Below are positions 12,601-26,679 of a stretch of DNA of 64,000 bases, one piece after another (position 1 is the stretch's first letter; each line of letters starts with the position of its first letter). This DNA is from Geosiphon pyriformis uo1. Taxonomy: Eukaryota; Fungi; Glomeromycota. The position numbers and the translations under genes were made by a program. Location: the NCBI GenBank assembly GCA_016748015.1, contig JAAOMT010000586.1:372001-436000 (forward strand), given 5' to 3'. The notes under the pieces were generated by a model, which was not told the DNA's origin, searched no databases, and saw nothing but the letters and a program-made list of their open reading frames with translations.

Positions 12601-14388
12601 GAAAGAACTTTGCAAGCCGTTTCGATCAAGGCAATAGAACGTGTGTTCGTTAAAACACTTTCCCACTCATAAGGTTTCTGAATCATCGAGACCCATGCTT
12701 CCTTCCAAGGACCGGGCACTGACTCACTAGACAAACAAGAGTTCAAGAGCACCAACAACATATCCAAAACAGATCTATCACAATGTTTCCAAAGCTCATT
12801 TGAAATGCCCGACAAACCAGCCGCTTTACCCTCCGGAAGATCAGAAACCACCCCCAAGGAACTCATCATATCCAATCGAACACATGACACCAAAAAAAGC
12901 TTCGTTAAAAACATACTCCAGTGGCTGATATTGGAGGTGCTAATCATCTGAGACATTATCGACCATCTGATGCTTCCTAGTCTAACCTTCCATGATCGCA
13001 TCTACCTTGGATTTGACCTGCTCAGGTTCCAAAATCAATTCGTCATCAACCACCACATGATCCAGCACAATCTTACAAAACAGGCGCTCCAACACACTTC
13101 TTATTGTATAACCTTTATTCACCTCAAAGCTTTCCATCCTCTTGTCTATCGCAGATCTGATGCATGCTTCTTTAGCACTCTGAGATTCAATGAGCTTGAA
13201 CTTTCGATAAGATTTCCTGGCACCAAAAAGAGCAGAACAAACATGACCAGATTCCACACTAGAGTCCACCAGATCCTGAACGGCCAAAGCCTTGACACTG
13301 TCCAGAAAAGCCCAACACCTCATGAGAGAAGCAAAATCCACAGCACACTTCACATGAAATGCCTTAATAATTTTTGAAACCAGAAGCTCCAACTTGTGGA
13401 ACCTTGACGACTCTTTGGTAAAGACACCATCAAATTCCTTGAACCACTTTTTCTTGAACACTTCATTAGCTGAAAGAATCATTATTCTGCGAACAACATC
13501 CCACATTGCGTCCAAATCTAAAAACCTCACAGAAACAGCAAACTCATCTGAGAACATTGTTGCATTAGCCAATGTGGCACACTTAAAATTGATCCATTTA
13601 CTCTTATCAGCACCCTTGAAATCAAACTTCCATCTGTCTCTGTTTGCTTGCTTGCGAAAAGAGCTCAATTGCGCATCTAGAAGCCCACCCAGACCCAAAG
13701 ACACTGAAACAGCTTGATGATCCATGTCAAAGTGCTCACTGACATCCGAAACATTACAATGTACCATCGCATTGACTAGATTTGGAGAGACAAACACGTA
13801 ATCAATCATTCTTTTGACACCCCTAGAATTCTCCCAAGTGGGCATTTTCACAGCCGGGCTCTCAACCAAAGAGTTAATCAATCCCAAATCAAGGCACTTT
13901 TTGAAACTCGCACACTTATAAGAGCCATCTTCATTAAAATTGCCACCGAGGATAACAAAGGAGGACTCGTTAACAGCCTTTGCGATGATAGAGTTGATTT
14001 TGCCTGCCTGAGAGAACCGGACTGCCGACAAAGCACCAGCGTACAGTCCCAAAATTGTCACAAAGAGCCTGTTCTTGAAAAGTAACTTGATAGACAACAA
14101 CCGACCCAGGACTTCAGACATCTTGCACACATGTCTCGCCAAAAAAGAGTTCATAACCACTGCCACACCAGCACTCAGATATCCAAAATCCAAACCAGTA
14201 GTAAACACCCAAACCCCATCAAACTTGTTGATAATCCAGGGCCGAACCTTACTTTTTAACTTAGTTTCAGTAAAAATTGAAATTGAATTGTCCATGTCCT
14301 TATGCCAACAAACGACATCACTCTACTTCGCAGGATTGTTTATTCCTCTAACATTGCATGTAGCAACTTTCCATACTAATTCACTCAT
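9699..14388 (-). pseudogene. LINE ORF2: AP endonuclease, RT, RNase H, C-terminal CCHC
   Basis: EN: NVRG, TETKL, GGNFN, IDYVFV, DH. RT: QDMRKAYDSV, QGEVFSPLLW, FVDD. RH: YTDGS, EL, SDSQ, KVKGHSGVSGNEHAD. Zn finger: CLYCDKVEVSDHVFSC. A few Trp/Gln-derived stops and one +1 frameshift in a G-run near 12853. Confidence 0.93.
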
Positions 14389-16184
14389 TGGGAGGAGGAT
14401 TGGAAGTTCGCACCACCAGTCAAAGCCAGACTATCGAAATGAGCGGACAAGATCAACACAGATTTGGAGAGGCCCTCCAACATATTTTCCAACTTGACAA
14501 CATGAGGGGACGTGGATGAGTCCACAATCGTGGCAGACTCATGGCCATCAGCCATACTCAAGTCCATATCCAATGTCACATCACTTTCCGAATTCTGTGG
14601 TGGGGCGACCACTGGCAGCTGGCATCCGTGACCAGGCTGGAGAACCACCAGCACAAGCAAATCTAACCTCTTGGCCAACTCATCAATTTGTTTTGCGAGA
14701 CTGACGAGACCATCCTCGATACTGACCAGTCTTTTTTCCAGATCTTTTGCAACAGGAGGGGTAGGTTTACCATCGACGACGGAACCAAAACTTGCCTTAC
14801 CACTAGAGAAAGAGGGAGCAGAGGGAGCGCTAACCACTGATGCCCAAGTTTTACCACCAAAAGCCAAAGGACAAGAGATAGGCGCAGATCTTCTTGCATA
14901 AATTTTTGCCAATCTGGATTGGTCCTGAACCGAAAGGGAGGCCTTTCTGCCTCCTGCAATCCCAGCACTCTTGACTGTTCTGCAACCAAGAGAAATATGA
15001 CCAAATTTCTTACAAACCGCACATGAAGCTAAAGAAAGACGGGACCAACAAAAACCAAAGCTCTTTATAACCAAAGTCATTGCCATTACATTAACTAATT
15101 CCACTTCTGAGCTAAAACACACAGTGGCACAGCAGGCACGAGAATAACTGACGGGATTGCGATCGATGAAGCAGGTTTTCCCACCAATAGAACCAATAAA
15201 ATCCCACAAATCATGAGCAGTGGTTTCCATGGAAAGAGTATACAGCAAAGCCCTAAAATTATCCCTGGCATCCCATGATTGTTTGTCGATATCAGCCCTG
15301 GCCACCCGAATCGCGTCCTTCCCAATGAGGATAGATCACTTAGAGGCCAGAAAATCAGCCTGGTCTTGATCTTCCAATTCGATGATCGCCTTTTGCCATA
15401 AACCCACCAGCTGCATTTTGATTGACTTAATGATGCCAAATTTGGCTACAGCCACATGCACAGCCTCCAAAGATGTTCCCACAGGAATTTCTTTCAGCAC
15501 AATTGCCCGATTTGTACGATTGTTAACAGGGCGCTTAAGATCAGTGTTTACCACAACACCACGGTCATTAGCCAGATTAGCTGCAGTCATCATCGTCTCT
15601 TCAGAAATGAAAGTAGCCCGAATGATTCCACCAAATTTTGAGGGGGTAGAGGCCCCCCCAAAACCATTTACACCTGAAAAGATTTTTCTAACAAAATTGA
15701 TTTTTTCCTGAGAGGATTTACCCACCACCGCCACCAGATCGATATCCAAAGTGAAGGACTTGCGAACAGGCACCTGAATGGACGGCTTGACTGGAAAAAA
15801 AGGCGGGAGAAGAAGCGAATCATCCAACATATCATCTTCCACGTCAACAGTATCATAGTTAATCACATCCAGTAGCTTCCCTAACATCTTCTTGGTCTTC
15901 ACGTGTAAACCCTTTGGAGTTTGACCAGGATCCCCATCCACGAAAGTACCATCATCATTATAGTCTACACTGGTTTCTTCCACCAAGCATTCTTCTTCCA
16001 TGTCAATGCTCTCAGATTCTGTAGTGTTACCAGTCTCAGAACCCCATGAACAAGTACCAAGAGCTTTGGCAGCGACCTCTTTATTATCAATACTCTCTTC
16101 CAACATGTCTCCCTTCCTCTTCTTTCTTGATGCAACCACCTTAAAACCACTCTCAGAACCAGAAACTTTAGCAGTCTTTTTCAT
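14385..16184 (-). pseudogene. LINE ORF1 (RRM-like repeats, CCHC knuckle CAVCKKFGHISLGC, coiled coil)
   Basis: ORFs 15336..16184 and 14385..15305 are in frame, separated by one TGG->TGA. Confidence 0.9.
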
Positions 16185-16339
16185 AACAGCAATAACAGAG
16201 CCAACAGTGGCCTTGTAATTGAAGAACGGTTTTGCTTTATCGTACTGAATGGTAAAAACTTCTTTCGAAAAAACTTTTGACTCTTTTTTGGGAATTTTGG
16301 ATAAAAGAGAGAAAGAAGTTTTTAATTTTTATTAATACC

Positions 16340-18700
16340 CTATTTTAATTAAAACAATAGATTATATGTTTATTAAAGTGTTTTTTTATTTGTATAATTT
16401 AGAAATTATTAAAATTTATGTTTTTTTTAAGGCTAAAAAACAAATTTTTGCATTAAATAAAAGTTTATAAGATCTAAAAACATATTTATTATTATCTTAT
16501 TACAATATTTTTACAATTTATTTAAGATATTAAAAAGACCAGCCACTTTTTTGTTAAGCAAATTTGTTATTACACTTAATAATTTATTAAAACTAATAAG
16601 ACATATAACATCTAAAAAAGTATTATTAACTATATAAATTAGTAAAAAATATTGTTAATACCATATTTTAAGTACTTTCTTCAAAACTTTGTATTTTTTT
16701 GTTTAATTTTTCATAATTTTATTTATCTAAACTTAACAAATTTAAGCTTTAATATTAATTTTTTACCAATTATCAAATAATTCAGAACTATTTTGTAAAA
16801 AAAACACTTCAAAACATTACAGATTATATGGCTTTTGTTTATTTTAAATTATTTATTCTTTTATTAATAGTAGATTTAATTTATATTTTCTTAGCATGCT
16901 AAAATTTTATTATTTTTAGCACCTAATAAAACTTTTTTACTTTTGACAAAACAAACTAAATAACATTAAAACAAGCACTTAAATTAACAAAAATTTTTAC
17001 TTTAAAGACATTAACAATATTAAAGAAAAGCCAAATTTTTAAAAACAAATTAAATATATTATTTAAAGCTGAATAAAAAACTTTAACCAACTTAGAGACC
17101 AAAGTTTCTAATTTATAAAAACAGAATGAAAATTTGCTAAAAATACTGTTATAATTTTTAAATCAAGTTTTAAAAAATATTTTATTTGCCAAAAATTAAA
17201 CCATTTTTTGAACAATATTTTATATTTTATCTATAATTATAAAATTTTTTTTATTAACTTTTAATGAGTGAAGTTTAAATACTACCTAGTACAATACATC
17301 AACTTAGTGATCTAAATTAGGCATGAATTATGCATTTTTCACATGTAACCAGCCACTTAAGCTAATCAGGACAACACTATGCATCTATATAAACCAAAAC
17401 CACATTATCTAAACCTGAAAAAAACTGATAAAGATTACGAAAACCAAAAATTTTTTACAACAAAAAAATCATTAGCATATATAATAATAATATTAAACAT
17501 TAAAATTCTAAATACTTTTTATTTCAATCTATCAATATTTTTAATATTAAATTTTTAATGATCTCTATTGATTTACATGTAAATAATCTTAAAACCATAT
17601 TTAAAAAACTATCAAGATTAACAATAATATAAATGGTTTTGTAAATAGTATTAAAATGTTTATTTATATAAACAACTTTTCTGTTGGTTAATATATTTAC
17701 AAAATTGGACAAAATAAAAATAAAATTAATAATTTTTTTATCATTTTTGAAGTTTTTTATATAGAAAACTTAATACACAAATTACTAACCAAAAATATAA
17801 CTAAATCAAAATTTATGTATTTTTTAAAATTAATAATATGTTTAATATTATCTTTATTGAAATTACTTTCCAAAATAACAAAAATACTCTTATTAAATAT
17901 ATTGACAATAAAAAAATTAATAATAAGTACTTAATTTAAATACTTTCTTAGAGATATATCTGTATATAAATCCAATACAAAAACTGATTGTTTGTTCTTA
18001 AACAATAAATAGATTATTAAAAATTTACCAAGAATTTCCAAAACTTTTAAAACATATCTAGTTAAATACTTATTTATAATTAAAATAATATTAATACCCA
18101 AATATTCTAAATTTAAACCAGAAGTAAATATTTTTATATTTGTAAATTTATTTATAATTTACAGTTTAACATTAGAACAAAACTTAAATTTAATAATAAT
18201 TAAAATATTATTTTTAAATTTTTATGTCATCTAATAATGTTATTTTATTTAGCAAGAATATTTGTTCTTTTAATATTACATATAACTATATTTCAATTAA
18301 GTTATTTATTAGAAATAGAAAAAAATATTATACTATTGTCTAAACTAAAAAATTTTAGTTTGTTTATAATTAACTTTGTTAAATTTTTTAAAACTATTAT
18401 ATTAGCTTTTAAGCTACCAATTTTGGCAATTAATACTTTAGATTTACTATTAAAAAAATCCTAATATGTACTAAAATTATTATATAAAACAAAAAAATTG
18501 GATAATAATACATTAATGATTATGTTCAATATAAAGTTAATATCTAAAACAATTATATTTTCTATGCAGATCAATAATAATTATAAAAAATTCAGCCAAT
18601 TTGTAAAAAATTTTGACAACATAATTAAAAAAAAATTCCAAAAGCATTCTAGTGTATTCAAGTAAAAAGCCAAAACCAAAATACCAGAATCTTTTTTTGG
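16340..18700 (-). mobile_element. Old, heavily AT-decayed LINE relic (ORF1 end, EN, start of RT); continues at ~9470-9567
   Basis: Translates to SIVLIKI / A*KILFKIIFNRISLIYNKFNV across the young LINE insertion (intact motif IALIETARKILSKILSDRIS). Reverse complement resembles 46580-48200. Confidence 0.75.
17251..17446 (-). mobile_element. 5'-truncated LINE (ORF2 tail + 3'UTR + polyA)
   Basis: Matches 9570-9770. Candidate TSD AAAATTTTTT at 17241-17250 and 17447-17456. Confidence 0.8.
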
Positions 18701-20759
18701 ATTATTAACTAATATATTTACCAAAAAAGCATTAATAAACAACTTAAATAAAATTGTTTTTGAATTGTCACTTATTACAGAAGTCTAATATTACTTAATA
18801 AAATTAACAAAAATCAAAAAGTAATAATATTATAATATATTAACTAATTATTAAATAATAGTATAAATAGCACAAATCAATAAATAAAATTAAAAAACAT
18901 GTACAAATTCACTTAATTCAACATAATTATAAACAAGTAAGCCAAAAAGTACTTACAGTCAAATAAAAAACCTAATAACTTAGCAATTACTTACTAATTA
19001 ATTAAAATAAACATAATTATATATAATTTGAAATATGTATATATATGATAGTTTTCTAACTAGAAAAAAACAGATAAGAAAAAAGAATAATAAAGAACAA
19101 AAAGTCAATTAAACAAAATAAAAACAAAAAAAAGATAAAAAAATTAGATTATAATTTCAAGAAAAGCTAAACAGTATATTTGTTAAACTTTGTATTATTT
19201 ATTAATATTAAATTAGTGGAATTGAAGATTTTTTTCTTTATAATTCAGTCTTTTATAAACAACTTAAAAGACCACTACTTTTTTTCTATTATTGTCTTTC
19301 TATTGAAAAAAAAACAATAGTAGAAACATCTAATATGCCAACAAAAACATAAACAAGACCTAAGCTTAACAAAATTGAAAACACATTAAAAAAATATTAA
19401 ATACATAAAATTATTTAAAAAATACTTGCAATATCTTGGCCAAAATTAACAATTAACTTAAAAGTCTAGAATAAGTACTCTATATCTTTGGAAAAATAAT
19501 CTTTAATTAAGATTATTTTATGAATACTATTTTTGTTAAATTCTACTTTTTATTTTAATCTTCTTTGAATTTATTAGGAATAAAGTACCACTTTACTACA
19601 AGCAAAAAAATACAAATGTCTGATATTAATATAAGATAAAAAGAGTATTTTCACAGAAGTCTTAAGGAAAAACACAATTAAAAGTGTAAGAATATAACAG
19701 AAATTCTCATTAAAGGATTAATATAATAGTGGCTACTAACAATAATTTTGATAAAAACATTATGCTACACACTAAATCTAATAACAAAGACACTTATTAA
19801 AGAAAATTATCTAATAATTACTAGAAAGTTAAGAAAACTTATTGAGCTAATCTTTAGATCCTTAAATAAAAAAATAGTAATAATATATTAAATAAGAATT
19901 TAGCATAAATTAAAAGTAATGCTAATTAAGACTAATATATTTATTCTTGCATTAAAATTAAATAATTCATTATATTATTGCTTAACATAAAAAGCCATAA
20001 AAATTAATTATAATATGACTGCTAAAAAAGAAGAGAAAAACATCTATAATATTTGGTATTTACTCCAAGATTTAATTTTAATCTATTTAAGCCACTTAAA
20101 TCTTAGCAATAATTAATTATATAAATTAGTAGATAAAAGTAGTAAAATCAGTAACAATTATTAATTTTTTTAGTCAAAATCTATATTACTAATTTCAAAA
20201 AAAATTGGGATTACTTAATAATTGTTTTTTAGCTAAATTAATTTTTAATTACTATGTGCACTATTAAATTTAATACTTATTTGAACAAAGTTCAGAACCT
20301 CAAAAATAAAAACAAAGCTATATTAAGAATTAACTCATTATATTATGCTATTCAAAACACAATTATTTCCAATAATTTTGGTATAAATATACCAAAAAAT
20401 CAAAGAATACATCTGGAAAAGTTTTCTACTTACTTTCAATAAAAACAGAAAGGACAACAATAACCAAAATAACCAGCTAAAAACTTCAGTACAAACATTT
20501 TATTGAAAAATTATGAATCAACAACAAACCCTAATCTCATTATATAAAAAACCTCAAATTATATTATTAAAAGCTCTATTTTACTATCTGTTATCAGATA
20601 ACCAAATTAGTATACCATTAGAAATCACATTTTCATTTATCACAAAAACAAATCTACAAATTTCTAACTACATTTACATCTTATTTGGAGAAAAATCTTT
20701 TAAAAGACTTATACTAAGAGAATATTTGTTGTAATTTTTAAATTTATTTTTTTTACAAC

Positions 20760-23700
20760 CAAACTTTTAGACCACTGTTATTAGAGATTTTTGGTCTTTT
20801 TTTTAGAATATTGTTAATGCTTGTTTGCTATGAATTCACATTTATTAGAAGTTATTGAATCTCTAATAACTGAATTTATTTTTAAATTATCTTTTATAAT
20901 TTAAATTATTAAGCATATAAGTGGAATGGCCAATTTTGTACCAGTTACTTTGTATAATTATATTATAGTAAATGTCAATTTTTTCTTTGGAATTATTTAT
21001 CTGGAAGCTAACTAAAAATATGTAGTTAATTTGTTGTAAAAGTTAACTCTTTTACAGAAATCTTGTTTATAGACTACTCTAATAATTATAATAAAAAAAT
21101 ATAAAAATATAAAAAAAATATAAAAAAAATAGAATTTTGTTAAGAGAATTGTTTTCTATCTAGGCTTAGAGTTACTAATAAATCACTGAAATTGGTAATT
21201 AATTAATTTCAAAATATTAGTTGGGTTTTTGAGAGTTTTTAAATATAGATAGTTAAAAAATTTGGTTTTTAAATATTTAATGTTTTTATTTCTTTTTGTA
21301 AAGCTAATTAATTCAACTTAAGATAATTCTAAGTAAAATAAGATGATATATTTTCTTAAAAAGAGAAGTTCTTCTTTTATACAACTTGTTGTAGTATTAG
21401 TTTTTAAACTTGCACTTTTCTCTTTGCTACAATTTTGGTGAACTAAAGATATATTTCGGCAAATTACAAGTTATTTCACTGAACTATTGATTATTTCGGC
21501 CAATTTTTATTAATTTCGGCGAATTTTGACTATGTTAAATGGTTCAGAGTATTGTGTAATTTGATCATCTTAATTTCTATAGTACAAATCAGGTTATTGA
21601 TTGAATAATAATATTTAATAACTGATTAAATAATAAGTGATGATTAACATAATAATAATATACTAATTAATACTAGAAATTATAAGAATAATTTTATGCT
21701 AATTAATAGCTAAAATTCTACTGGTAACACTATATAACTTAGAATAAAATATGACTTTATTAAGAAAATTCTTAGATAAATTGGTCTTGAGTTTTAGTTC
21801 TTTTTTTAATATTCTGTTCTACTTCTTACACATATTTGCAAAGGCATAACTAAATTATAATTTTTAATTAATTATTGACTGCAAAACAACAGATATCAGA
21901 TAAAAAAACTGCTTATTAAATACTGTTTTTCTTAAAATTAAGTTCATAAAAAACTTAATGTTTAAGTAAGCTTTGACAAAACTAAGTTTTGAAAGACCAT
22001 TAATAAACAAAAAAATCCCAAAGTATTTATAAGATTCGTTATCTTTAGTTATAGAAATATTCAATCTACTTATTAACAAGTAAGAAATCTTTATTTTTCA
22101 ATTAATAAGTATAACCATTGTCTTATCTGTATTAATTGTAATATTATTAATTTGAAAAAATTTACTAGCTATGTCCAGAATATGTTGGATAGCAAACATG
22201 TTATTTTCAATCCAAATTGTATTATTGATAAAAATTTTTACCATCAAAAAGAATGTTATGTTATTTCTGTAATTTTGCTTACCAGTCTGTATAAAAAATT
22301 TCAAATCTAATCTGTAGTTATACAAACTTTTATGTCTCTTAACTTTGTAAAACAAAGAATTATAAAAGATTCTCCACAACAAAGACAAAAAGATCTTATT
22401 CTAATCCAGCCTATTATGTATAGTATACTTATTTGTAAGCCTAAAATCTGTTATTATTTAGTTGATTTAAATATTGTGTATATTTTCAAAAAACTTAATA
22501 AAATAAAAACACATCTTAATCTTAACCAAACTATTCTTCAAGTAATATTACCCAACAGAGTTATATGTTTTATGTATATTCTAAAAAACTAGTCACAATT
22601 TTTTGTTTTTCTTTAATGCATCTTTAACAATGAAACCAACAGCAATAATTGAAGTTTGGGTGAATATGCTTTTTAAAACTGAAAAATTATTACTATATAA
22701 GACATTAAAATTACTACAGACCAAAGAGATTTTATTTAAAAAAATCTTAGACAAGATTTTATGAGCTGTTTTAATTAAAACTATTGGCCTAGTATTCATA
22801 AAAGTCCTTTTCCAACTATATAACTTTAGTATTATAAAAATTTAAGCTCTTTTTTATTATGTAAAAACTGTATTTGACATCAAACACATATTGAGAATGT
22901 TTAACAAACCACTTAAAACCCATTTATCATTATGTTTCCAGAATTTATTAGAAATACCAGATAAATCAGTGGCTTTTCTATTAAATAGATTCTTGACAAC
23001 TTGCAAAAACTTACCAAACTTAATATTACATATTACTTTTAAGAAAACATTATCATTAATATAATTCAGGAAAGCATATTAACTGAACCAATAATTAGAC
23101 AAAATATTAAACACTATATGCTTTTTTATTTATTCTTTTATAATTGTGTTAATTATAGATTTAATTTTATATAACTCTAGAACCAGCTCATTATTAACTA
23201 TCAGATAATTGAGTACTATCTTTCAAAATAGCCAATTCAAAACACTTCTAATCATTTTTCTCTTATTGAAACAAAAAATTTCCATATGTTTGTTTATAGT
23301 CTTTCTAATAAGATTATCTTTGACAATTTTGAATTCATAGTACTTATATTTATAGTATTTTTTCCTAATTTCTAACAGATAATGCAAAATTTTTTCCAAT
23401 TATTACTATTATTAAACATAACATGTACTTTGATAACTTCTTTTTTGTTAATAGTAGTCCAGATATTAATAAAGCAATCAGTCTTTAAATCTTGATTTGA
23501 ACTCAAATTTTTTATAATTTTGGTTACCAATAACTCCAGCTTAAAAAACTTTAATAATTATTTACTTTTTGAATAGTTAAACTTACAGAACCAAAGTCTG
23601 AAAAATACTTTGTTAACAGAGCTTACCATAATATTTTTTAAAATCTCTTATATTGTATTCAAATTACTGCAATCTTTTACACTGCTGAAATTTACTATAT

Positions 23701-26480
23701 TTTTCAAGAATTTGTTCAAAAAACACTTTTTAAACTATGACCACTCATTAACATTAGCATCTTTGATCTTGAACTTTTATCTGTTTCTATTAATCTATTT
23801 ATGCTCAATATTAAAAAAAATATTCAAAAGACTTAAGTTAATTGCAACTAAAGCTGTCTTGTGATCAGTATCAAAAAAATCAGACACAAAGTTAACACTA
23901 TGGCCAGTAATTGCAGATGCCAGATTTTGGTTTACAAAAATGAAATCAATAATCTTTTTGATACTCCTAAAATTGCTCTAAGTAGAAACTTTAATTAATA
24001 GATATTCATAAAATAAGTTAATTAAACTTAAATCCACACAAAATCTGAAACTTACACTTTTTTTTAAAACATTTTTGTTAAAATTCCACCCAATACCACA
24101 AAAATACTGAAATTAACTGTCTTGATAATAAAAGAATTTATTTTTAACACTTAATTAAACTTTGCTTTAATAAAAGCACCAGTATACAAATCTAAAATTG
24201 TAACTAATAATCTTTCTTTGAATAAAAGTTTTATTAAAATAACTCAACCAGAAATTTCTTCTATCTTAAACATATGCTGAACCAAAAAATTGTTTATAAT
24301 AATGGTTACTTTAGCACCAAAAAAACTAACATCCAAACCAAAAGTAAAAATTCAAATACTATCAAACTTAAATATTATTTATGGCCTAATACTAGACCTT
24401 AATTTAGTTTTTGTAATAATCAAAACCATATTCTCTGATTTCATATGTCAACAAACAATGTCTTTTTGCTTAACAAGAACATTAATATCCTAAATATTGT
24501 ATGTAACAATCTTCCAAACCAGATCTGTCATTAAGAAAAATAAGAATTTGATTTTAAAACAAGATTATCTACTTTGGCTAAAAAGTTCATAACTGTATTT
24601 AAGAGATTTATTAAACTGTTTTCTAATTTAAAAACCACTAACAAATTCACAAACACCACTTCTATAACAGTTTTATTACTAGTAACTACATCTGAACCTT
24701 TACTTATTACTATATTTGCTTCTTAATTCTATAATAAAAAAGTTACCAACAGTTAACATCTAAAGCTAAACTGAAAAATCATTAGTTCAAATGTATTTAA
24801 TCTCTTAATCAGCTTGTTGACTTGCTTTATAAGACTAGTAAAACTGTGCATAAAAGTGAGAAATCTATTATTCAAGTTCAAAAAAACCAACAGAAGAGAT
24901 TTTTTATCTAAAGATAGATTAACACCAAAAAAAACCAAAGATATTATGTAAAAAATAAAATCATCAGCAATTTAAGCCTAAGTCTTTCCACCAAATAAAA
25001 CCAAACAAGCAATTAGTATCTGTTTTTTTATATATGTTTGCCAAATAATTTTGATTTTGAAAATTAACCACTTATTTACTACAACTATCCAGATATTTAC
25101 CTATTGAACACATATCAAAAACATAATTAAATTGTTTATATTAAGTACAACAGACCAAAAAAAAACTAGTTCAATGTAAATTTACACTTTTAAAAACTAA
25201 AGTAAAATCAATAGCAGTCTTTTTAAATATTTTATTAGCAAAATAAACTACAGCATATCTGTTATGTACATATGAACTTGAATTATGGCCAATAAAACAA
25301 GTTTTTTTACTATATAATTCTATCAACCAGAAAAATTATAAGTAGTAGTATCAATTGACAAAGTATACAATAAAGCCCAATAAAAATCTTTAAATATTTA
25401 CAATTGTTTATTATTAACTGTCAAAACCACATGTACAATATTTTTATTCATAAAAACTGATTATTTAAAAACAACTATACTAATAACATTTAATGATTTA
25501 AACTTTATTAGAATCTTTTGTCAAAGACCAATTAACTGTATCTTAATTAAAACAACTTTACTAAATTTGGAAAACACTGATTTTATAGCCAATTTAAAAA
25601 AATCAACTGGAATTTTCTTAACAATTACTTTTCAATTTGTATAATTATTTGTTTTTTTAACATCAACATTAACTAAAATATTTTTACTGACAGCCAACTT
25701 CTTAGTTTTTTTTAAATTCGATTTTGATATAAAAGATAACCTGATAATCTTTAAAAATTTTGAAAAAGTAGAAGCTCCTCCAAAATTATTAACATAATAG
25801 AAAATTTTTTATTTGTAATTAATTTATTATTATTGGTTTTGCCAGATATGATAGATAACTCAATATCTAATATAAAAAATTTAACTGGCTCAAAACTTTG
25901 CTTTTTTAGAACATATGATCTAATCAAAGAAAACTGCTTAAAGCCAGCAAACTTAGGAGAAAGAAAAACCAAAATATTATTATTATTGTTTATATCATCA
26001 AACATTAGAGCTTTTAGTAAGTAATCCAACACATATGTTTAAATACAGATCTTTTTTGGCATGGTTTTATTTATATTTTCAATGCCTACAGAAGTATTCA
26101 AATTTACATAACTGGTTTCTTTTGCAATTGTGTTTTTTATATTTTTAACATTTAAAAGATCATTAATACTACTTGTAATGTTATTAACATTGCTTTTTTA
26201 AGATACTATAGGTTTAATGTCAAAGTTTTTAATATTTTCTAAACTTATAAGACTAACAAACAAGTTAATTATAACACTATTAACTTTAGATTTTTGGTTT
26301 TTTGTAAAATATACTATAAAAATAAACATTTTCCACATGCTTTTTTTTTGTACTTAAGCAAATCCTTAAATTAGCCAAACCAAAACTTGAATTATCAGTA
26401 GACAAGTTTGCCAGTTCTATTATAACAAAAAAAGATGGATTAAAAGAAATAACTTAAAGTAAAAAAGAAAAAAAAATAGG
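20760..26480 (-). mobile_element. Decayed LINE (ORF1, EN, RT; 3' part lost), interrupted by a solo LTR
   Basis: ORF fragments 25751..26032 and 24753..24938 (ORF1); 22593..22799, 22098..22388 and 21864..22079 (RT). ORF2 start ATG ACA GAT CTG GTT TGG AAG at ~24531. Confidence 0.85.
20776..21729 (-). repeat. Solo LTR, family B
   Basis: Reverse complement of 30680-31627 with TG...CA termini. Flanks ccac/ctat form a 4-bp TSD differing by C/T, and the host LINE frame LYGLK rejoins. Confidence 0.9.
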
Positions 26481-26679
26481 AAAAGTTACTTTTTTAGCAA
26501 CTTTAATTTACAGATCGAATATTACCTAGTTCAAATAATTAACAAATAATAATCAAATTTAGTGGTTATACTTATTATAGTTTTTTTTTTGTTTTTAAAT
26601 ATTCTGTCTTTTTTAATATTTGTCATAATATGACTCAAAGTCAATAATACACTATAAAATTTCTTGATAAAAATTTTAT

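Larger units (their letters stand above)
9568..16339 (-). mobile_element. Full-length LINE (APE-RT-RNase H-CCHC), youngest copy
   Basis: 5'UTR, ORF1, ORF2, 3'UTR and AATAAA+poly(A). 11-bp TSD CTATTTTAATT at 9557-9567 and 16340-16350. Confidence 0.95.

Noticed and set aside
10299-16218. Numerous + strand and alternative-frame ORFs over the LINE (likewise over 48362-54828 and the Gypsy)
   Set aside because: Shadow ORFs of TE coding sequence with no independent motifs.
20772-21733. Sequence-specific Gypsy target site (CCAT-like TSDs)
   Set aside because: Only three mutated TSDs in mixed orientations, which is too few to support specificity.
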